A DNA stretch of 64,000 nt from an uncultured Alphaproteobacteria bacterium (GTDB lineage: Bacteria > Pseudomonadota > Alphaproteobacteria > Rs-D84): NCBI GenBank assembly GCA_947053455.1, contig CAMRSV010000002.1, positions 11,268 to 75,267 on the forward strand, given 5' to 3'. Each line of letters starts with the position of its first letter. Positions within the stretch are counted from its first letter, which is position 1. The notes under the pieces were generated by a model, which was not told the origin of the DNA, did not search any database, and saw nothing but the letters and a program-made list of their open reading frames with translations. Both the position numbers and the translations under genes were made by a program. This document shows positions 58,375 to 64,000 of this stretch, piece after piece.

Positions 58375-60744
58375 TTATGCGTCCCGCCCGCCGCCATACG
58401 ACGCCATATAATCATTGAACAATTTCTCCTTATAAGGCTTCTTAATAGGTTTCCCCTTGTTGTCAATTTTGCCGGTTTCCGCGTCCGCATCAAATGCCTT
58501 CTGCTTGCCCTTTGCACTGCCCAGCGCCCATGAATACATTGGGCCGGTATGTGTATTGCGCCCTGTTTCCAAGAAATCCCAGAACGCCATAAGTTCCATA
58601 TACTGGTTTTTATGGTTATCATCCCACGATTTTAGCTTTTTATCACGCTGTGCAATTTGCGCATCCAGCATCTTTACAGATTCTTTGGCATTATTCCATT
58701 CGTTTATACGCAGTTCCTTTAGATGGCGTTCGGCATCAAGGCGCTGCTGGCGTTCATTTATTTTTTCAATCGCACGCACATATGCGTTTGTGCGCTTTCC
58801 ATCCGCCAATGTTTCAACACGCGCATCACGCCTTGCACTTTGCAACTTGCGTTCCAAACGCAACACTTGATTTTCCGCGTCCGCGCGTTCTGCGTCGGAC
58901 AAACTCGGGTCGCGGGAATATTCACGCGCGTTATGCAATTGTTCTTCTATGTGCCGAATGCGTTCCGGGGCATTTTGTGCCGCCATAATCACATTTTGGC
59001 GCCGATTATCCAGACCGGCCACCATGTTATTTTCCGCCGCCAATTCGGCACGCTTTTCCGATATGCTTTCTTCATTCAAGCCAAATGCGGCATCCGTATT
59101 GTCCAATGTTTCCTGGAGAATTGCGCGCATGGCAACATTATCATCATACGCATTTTGCATTTTATTACGCGCAGATTCATTTTGTGCCACCTTCTCCATC
59201 CAGGCATCATCTAGCACATCAGATTTATTATTAAACTTTGACCCGCTGAGCCGTATCATATTTCCAACAATTGTCACGCCATATCCGACACCAATCATTG
59301 CGGTTTTTATACTGCGATCCAATGCGGTCATTATAAATTTTACACCGTCGTTTTTATTCCAAGACAAATTCTTGTCCGAAAATATCGTTAAATCCGTCTT
59401 GCCCAGCGCATCCATTATCTTGCTGGTGGTGTAACCATATTTTATAACGGACAAAACCTCCATCGCGGTTTTTGCCTCGTTCATTTTGCCGTCGCGTACC
59501 GCCTTTAGGATAATTTCCTGAACCAATGCGCGCATTTGCGTGCCATTTTTCAAAGCACCCGCAAACGCCTTGGGCATTGTGTTTTTCAGTTCAGTCAAGG
59601 TGTCTGTAAACCACTTGAACTGTTTTGCCGCGTTGGTAGATTTTCCTTTTAACTTGTCCGATATGGCCGATGCCGACGACAGAACCTTTTCCAAACCATC
59701 CGTCGGCTTTATTTTTTCCTTGTCTAACGCCTTTACAATCAGCTTTGCCGCCGGCGAGAAATACATTCGGTCGCCATGCAGCTTGACGTATTTATCCAGA
59801 TAATTTTCAAATGTAGTGTCCCACCATTCAGATATGCGCTGCGGCATGCTTAATTCGTCTTCGCGCTTTGGCGGGATATAAGCTTCGGATTCTTTGTTAT
59901 TATAATCAACGCGTTCTTTCGCCTCATTCAGCGTTTTTGAAATCTTGCTGCTGTCATTGGCGGAAAATGCCTCGAACGCATCTTTATTAGTGTACAACTC
60001 CTTTAGCAAGTCGGAGTAGATACCCTTAAACTCTCTTAATTTAGACGGATTGATTTGTTTATTTTCAAATTCAGACGAAATAACACTAAAATCTGGGACA
60101 CTACCAATTATCTGGCGAACATTTTCTTCGGTTTGTGCATCATATTCCAATTGCCCACAGATTTGTTGTACGCGCGCTTTAAATTTGGGGTCTTTGTTGT
60201 ATTTCTTATCATTTAGCCCGTCCAGCAAATCTTTATACGAAAAATCATCATTGATAAGATTGTGTTGACGCAACAGATATTCCAGACGCGGCTTGCTTTG
60301 CAGCAATTTGATCAATTCTGCAATTTTTGCCTCGGCCGCGGCGGTGGCAACAGCATATGAAAACAATTGCCCGTCGGAACCAAAATATTGGTTCAAGAAC
60401 TTGTTCGCCTTTTCAACATATTTGAAACTTTTCTTGTTGGCGTCCATTTGCCGGAAAGTGTCTTGAAACGCCTTGAACAGTTTATCCCATTCTTCATCCG
60501 ACAATTCAAAATCGCCACCCAGTTCTTCCGGGTCAGGCAAAGATTTACGAACATATAGCTTATTGTTTTTTACATATTTGCCATCCGCGTCTTTTTCCAG
60601 CAGATTATTCGCCCAATCTTTTCTGTTACCGACCAGTTCGCCCTTGTCAACATATTCGCAAAACTGAACAAATTGCTCTATCGGCATACGCTGGAAAATC
60701 AGCCGCCGATAGTATTCCAATAAAAATTCGTCCATTTTTGCCAT
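58375..60744 (-). CDS. Large hypothetical helical/coiled-coil protein
   Basis: 789-aa ORF; one hydrophobic stretch (AMIGVGYGVTIVG) followed by long heptad-like region; no recognised family. Confidence 0.75.
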   Translation of the reverse strand: MAKMDEFLLEYYRRLIFQRMPIEQFVQFCEYVDKGELVGNRKDWANNLLEKDADGKYVKNNKLYVRKSLPDPEELGGDFELSDEEWDKLFKAFQDTFRQMDANKKSFKYVEKANKFLNQYFGSDGQLFSYAVATAAAEAKIAELIKLLQSKPRLEYLLRQHNLINDDFSYKDLLDGLNDKKYNKDPKFKARVQQICGQLEYDAQTEENVRQIIGSVPDFSVISSEFENKQINPSKLREFKGIYSDLLKELYTNKDAFEAFSANDSSKISKTLNEAKERVDYNNKESEAYIPPKREDELSMPQRISEWWDTTFENYLDKYVKLHGDRMYFSPAAKLIVKALDKEKIKPTDGLEKVLSSASAISDKLKGKSTNAAKQFKWFTDTLTELKNTMPKAFAGALKNGTQMRALVQEIILKAVRDGKMNEAKTAMEVLSVIKYGYTTSKIMDALGKTDLTIFSDKNLSWNKNDGVKFIMTALDRSIKTAMIGVGYGVTIVGNMIRLSGSKFNNKSDVLDDAWMEKVAQNESARNKMQNAYDDNVAMRAILQETLDNTDAAFGLNEESISEKRAELAAENNMVAGLDNRRQNVIMAAQNAPERIRHIEEQLHNAREYSRDPSLSDAERADAENQVLRLERKLQSARRDARVETLADGKRTNAYVRAIEKINERQQRLDAERHLKELRINEWNNAKESVKMLDAQIAQRDKKLKSWDDNHKNQYMELMAFWDFLETGRNTHTGPMYSWALGSAKGKQKAFDADAETGKIDNKGKPIKKPYKEKLFNDYMASYGGGRDA

Positions 60745-60927
60745 GATGCGCCTTTACATATCATGCATAATTATACTATTTTTTTAGAAAAAATTCAACT
60801 TTTTAGGCTCATTTATCGCGATAATATCGCAAATATTCTGGTATAACGGATAATTAGACAGGGCAAGCCATTGATATGGGACGCGGTTCCTGTGGAATAA
60901 ACACAATGCCCGGCGTAAAATGACCAC

Positions 60928-61596
60928 ATGGCCATAAAACTACGCGATGTATTGCTAAAATCCATACCATACCTGTTGTCTATCGCAGGCGGCGTTGTGT
61001 TATTTACCCTGACACAGGATAACATAAAAAGCCCCAGTATGGCAGATTTGATAAATAATATCGCCGCATCATTATTATCGATTCCGCTGGTGTTTTTGCT
61101 GTATGATTATTCAAATTCCCGTATTTCAAAGCGCCTGACGCAAACAATGGCGCAGAATATGGCGGACAAGGTTAATCTATTGATGATGAACTTAACAATA
61201 CTTATGCGACATATCGCCGACATGCGCGGAAAATTAACATTGGAATCAATTAATAGGATGGACGAGCTGACCCCAAGCCATATTGCAAAAAACATGAAAA
61301 TCGGCAAAGACGAAATGGCAAACCTGCGCAAATACCGCGATGAATTGGATGATTTGATATATAAATACGGCCGTGCAAACATAATATCAATCGACCGCGT
61401 TCAGGAACTGTCTGCAATGGCACGCGATTTGTCCCATTTAATAAACGAGCATAAATTTTATTCAAACCGTAAAATAACCGCAAAATATATAATAAATATA
61501 ATAACCCGTATAACAGATTGGCTGGACACGGACGCGGAAATGGCACTGCATTTCCAGCAATTATTGCAACAAGGCGCAATCGGCGAAGAAAAATAA
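60928..61596 (+). CDS. Hypothetical membrane protein
   Basis: 222-aa ORF with two N-terminal TMs. Confidence 0.7.
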   Translation: MAIKLRDVLLKSIPYLLSIAGGVVLFTLTQDNIKSPSMADLINNIAASLLSIPLVFLLYDYSNSRISKRLTQTMAQNMADKVNLLMMNLTILMRHIADMRGKLTLESINRMDELTPSHIAKNMKIGKDEMANLRKYRDELDDLIYKYGRANIISIDRVQELSAMARDLSHLINEHKFYSNRKITAKYIINIITRITDWLDTDAEMALHFQQLLQQGAIGEEK

Positions 61597-61696
61597 ATAA
61601 AAACGTGTATTTTTTCTTGATTTTTATAATTTAATATGTCAAAATCTAGCCCGAACCACGGAAAAAGAACCATGTGTTCTTATTCCCGAGGCCAAA

Positions 61697-61772
61697 GGGG
61701 ACATAGCTCAGTTGGTAGAGCAAATGACTTTTAATCATTGGGTCCAGGGTTCGAGTCCCTGTGTCCCCACCA
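61697..61772 (+). tRNA. tRNA-Lys(TTT)
   Basis: GGGGACATAGCTCAGTTGGTAGAGCAAATGACTTTTAATCATTGGGTCCAGGGTTCGAGTCCCTGTGTCCCCACCA. Confidence 0.96.
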
Positions 61773-61885
61773 AAAATTCAACCGCCGCATAGCGGTTTAA
61801 TTTTTTGGTGCGTGCCGGAAATAAAATCTGTTGAAAAGAACCAAATGTCCGCCATAATCCAAAAGGATATAATGGAGCTAATAAA

Positions 61886-62563
61886 ATGGATAGACTGGCC
61901 AGAATAAAAATGCTGTTTGGCGACGAGGCAATTAAAAAATTGCAGAGCTCATCCGTTATGATTGTCGGATGCGGTGCGGTTGGTTCCTTTGCAATTGAGG
62001 CATTGGCACGTTGTGGCGTCAATCACCTTATACTTATTGATTTTGATAAAATAGAGGAATCAAACATAAACCGACAACTATTCGCACTGTCGTCCACAAT
62101 TGGCAAGCCAAAGGTTGATGTGGCCGCGGCGCGCATATGCGACATAAATCCGGCGGCGCATGTTGATGCACTGAATATTTTTTTTGACGCGGAAACAAAA
62201 TTGGATGCGCATCCCGACTTTGTAATTGATGCCATTGATTCCGTACCGTCCAAAATCGCCCTATACAAATGGTGCACAGCGCAACAGATTCCATTCGCCG
62301 CCAGCATGGGCGCCGCGCGCAAAACAGATATTGGACAAATAAAAATCTCTAGCATTTCCCGCACCACCGTATGCCCATTGGCGGCAAAAATACGCCGATT
62401 GTCGCGCGAAAGTGGCCTGCCCGATTTTCCGGTGGTTTATTCAACCGAGATTCCCACCGGCCAATTGTCAGCCAACCGCACATTCGGTTCAATCGTTACA
62501 GTGACGGGAACATTTGGGCTAATGCTGGCCAATTATGCGATTGATAATATTATTGCAAAATAG
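61886..62563 (+). CDS. tcdA: tRNA threonylcarbamoyladenosine dehydratase (ThiF family)
   Basis: VGCGAVGS, IDFD..SNINRQ, DAIDS, SMGA, CPLA, VVYSTE. Confidence 0.85.
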   Translation: MDRLARIKMLFGDEAIKKLQSSSVMIVGCGAVGSFAIEALARCGVNHLILIDFDKIEESNINRQLFALSSTIGKPKVDVAAARICDINPAAHVDALNIFFDAETKLDAHPDFVIDAIDSVPSKIALYKWCTAQQIPFAASMGAARKTDIGQIKISSISRTTVCPLAAKIRRLSRESGLPDFPVVYSTEIPTGQLSANRTFGSIVTVTGTFGLMLANYAIDNIIAK

Positions 62564-62687
62564 TCTAATATTTCTCATTTATCATCTAGGGATTCCTTCC
62601 TGTGTATTTGCTGCAAAAAGACAGGTATAATTATTTTGTCTTATCTCAAAGACAACTTTTATTAAACCTTGAAAGGAGAAAAAACAG

Positions 62688-62900
62688 ATGAGAGGATTAA
62701 CAAACTATGTTCTGAAACCGTTGACCTTTATTGGCGCGTTGAACTGGGGGCTTATCGGAATCTTTGGTTTCGACTTGGTTGCATGGATTTTCGGTGCCGG
62801 CACCCTGGCCAGCAGCATCGTATACGCCATTATCGGTATCGCTGCGTTGGTATGGCTGATATTGATATTTATCGACAGACCAGTACGCGACGCACGATAA
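62688..62900 (+). CDS. DUF378-family small membrane protein
   Basis: IGALNWGLIGIFGFDLVAWIFG; SD AAGGAG. Confidence 0.85.
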   Translation: MRGLTNYVLKPLTFIGALNWGLIGIFGFDLVAWIFGAGTLASSIVYAIIGIAALVWLILIFIDRPVRDAR

Positions 62901-62971
62901 AAACAACATTGGATTTCATGTCATTCGCCCCACATCGCGGGGCGTTTTTTTTTATAGATATTTGTATGCAA

Positions 62972-63553
62972 TTATAATTCATATACAAACAATCGATGTG
63001 GGAATTTTTTGCGGCCATACCGCGTAAAGCCGCGCCCAACATCAATCGTGCGAACGGGGTGCAACCCATCAATCGGCACATCCAACGTAATCAAAACGCG
63101 GAATTTTTCACTATATTCACGCAGGCGCCAATTAACACCCGGCCCCAAATATGCAATCCCAATATCAAACCCGTCTGATGTTTTTAGATATTCAAACGCA
63201 TCACACCAAACGGTTTTGACACGCCCAAAAGAAAATAAGTTAAGCACCCATAAAATCGCCGCGGTCATCGGCATACTTTCCAGCGCCCAGACCCGTTTCC
63301 CACATTTACGCGAAACACAGCGCGCCAGACCACCATACCCCGCACCAATATCACACGCGGTCTGCATATACGCGTAATGTGAATTTATCTCGTTTACGAC
63401 TGCACGACGCAGTCGCCCGGCACTGGGAACAAACGGAATCTGGCCATGAAAAACACAGAACGAATATTCCACGGACTTTAGCACCAAATACACAACCAAT
63501 ACAAACAGTGAAATAACAAACAAATATAAAGAAACTGTCATTATGCTCATCAT
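62972..63553 (-). CDS. Class I SAM-dependent methyltransferase with N-terminal TM
   Basis: IPFVPS, DIGAGYGG, DAF, AYL. Confidence 0.75.
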   Translation of the reverse strand: MMSIMTVSLYLFVISLFVLVVYLVLKSVEYSFCVFHGQIPFVPSAGRLRRAVVNEINSHYAYMQTACDIGAGYGGLARCVSRKCGKRVWALESMPMTAAILWVLNLFSFGRVKTVWCDAFEYLKTSDGFDIGIAYLGPGVNWRLREYSEKFRVLITLDVPIDGLHPVRTIDVGRGFTRYGRKKFPHRLFVYEL

Positions 63554-63594
63554 GATATTATTATAGATATATTCCCATGTAATGGCAAGAAAAC

Positions 63595-64000
63595 TTAATG
63601 GATATTCTGGGTGGCGTTATAAATATCGCGACTGACAGATACAGCTAAAAACGCGAGAAGCACCGTTAAAATTACCATTGCTAGCGACATTATCCCCAAC
63701 GCATTTGCACCGCCACCTAAAAGACCGATTACCAATAAGACCATGCAACTAAATGCACGCCCCATATTAAGACAGCACTCACGACTGATAAAATATTCAA
63801 CCTTGTTATCGCGATTTAACGCACTGTAATTTGAACCATTGGTCATGTTCATTTCCAGCAATTGGAAAAATATGCGCCCCGCAACGGAATAGACCAGCAT
63901 ATATATAACCAGTGATGGAACCGTGTGCAGGGACAAAAACAACAATACACTGCCCAGCATGAATGCACTGGATATAGTTAGCAACATTGGAAAACCGCGT
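63595..64000 (-). CDS. MFS-like transporter, C-terminal part (runs off the window end)
   Basis: Consecutive TM helices; EYFISRECCLNMGR motif. Confidence 0.6.
   Translation of the reverse strand, partial: RGFPMLLTISSAFMLGSVLLFLSLHTVPSLVIYMLVYSVAGRIFFQLLEMNMTNGSNYSALNRDNKVEYFISRECCLNMGRAFSCMVLLVIGLLGGGANALGIMSLAMVILTVLLAFLAVSVSRDIYNATQNIH

Noticed and set aside
61697-62563. tRNA-Lys adjacent to tcdA as a special system
   Set aside because: Enzyme-substrate adjacency is plausible, but nothing else in the sequence suggests co-regulation.

Overview
Chromosomal window of a compact, gene-dense Gram-negative bacterium. The housekeeping proteins look alphaproteobacterial, and the Cys-rich secreted ORFans and solitary Mtd-N genes suggest an uncultured Rs-D84/'Enterousia'-like lineage (inference only). 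Housekeeping content: rnj, csp, lysS, a HlyD/ABC/TolC exporter, tgt-queA, era, bamD, murJ, rlpA, tdk, prmC, ftsH-tilS, groES-groEL, rne, secG-rnc-lepB, comM, ackA, tcdA, and tRNA-Gly/Arg/Lys. An AT-rich glycan locus carries poly-G tracts, one of which leaves a GT10-like gene frameshifted OFF. Main discovery candidate: six intergenic ~170-220 nt elements share one fold but differ in sequence. The fold is promoter > 5' hairpin > 'b1' stem-loop + 'a1' target > alternative hairpin > cloverleaf RNA carrying complementary a'/b' segments > terminator in four of six. This resembles the phage P1 C4 / P4 CI antisense-immunity RNAs, yet no phage genes are present in the window. Three copies lead secreted-protein genes, each with its own a/b code. 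Three form a tandem array upstream of an HTH-like gene, where the middle unit carries the target of the upstream unit and an antisense resembling the downstream unit, suggesting an RNA relay. Also found: a Lys-Lys leader-peptide attenuator on lysS, a divergent RelA/SpoT-like protein downstream of lysS, and tRNA-derived repeats. All calls are from reading the sequence by eye; no searches or folding programs were run.
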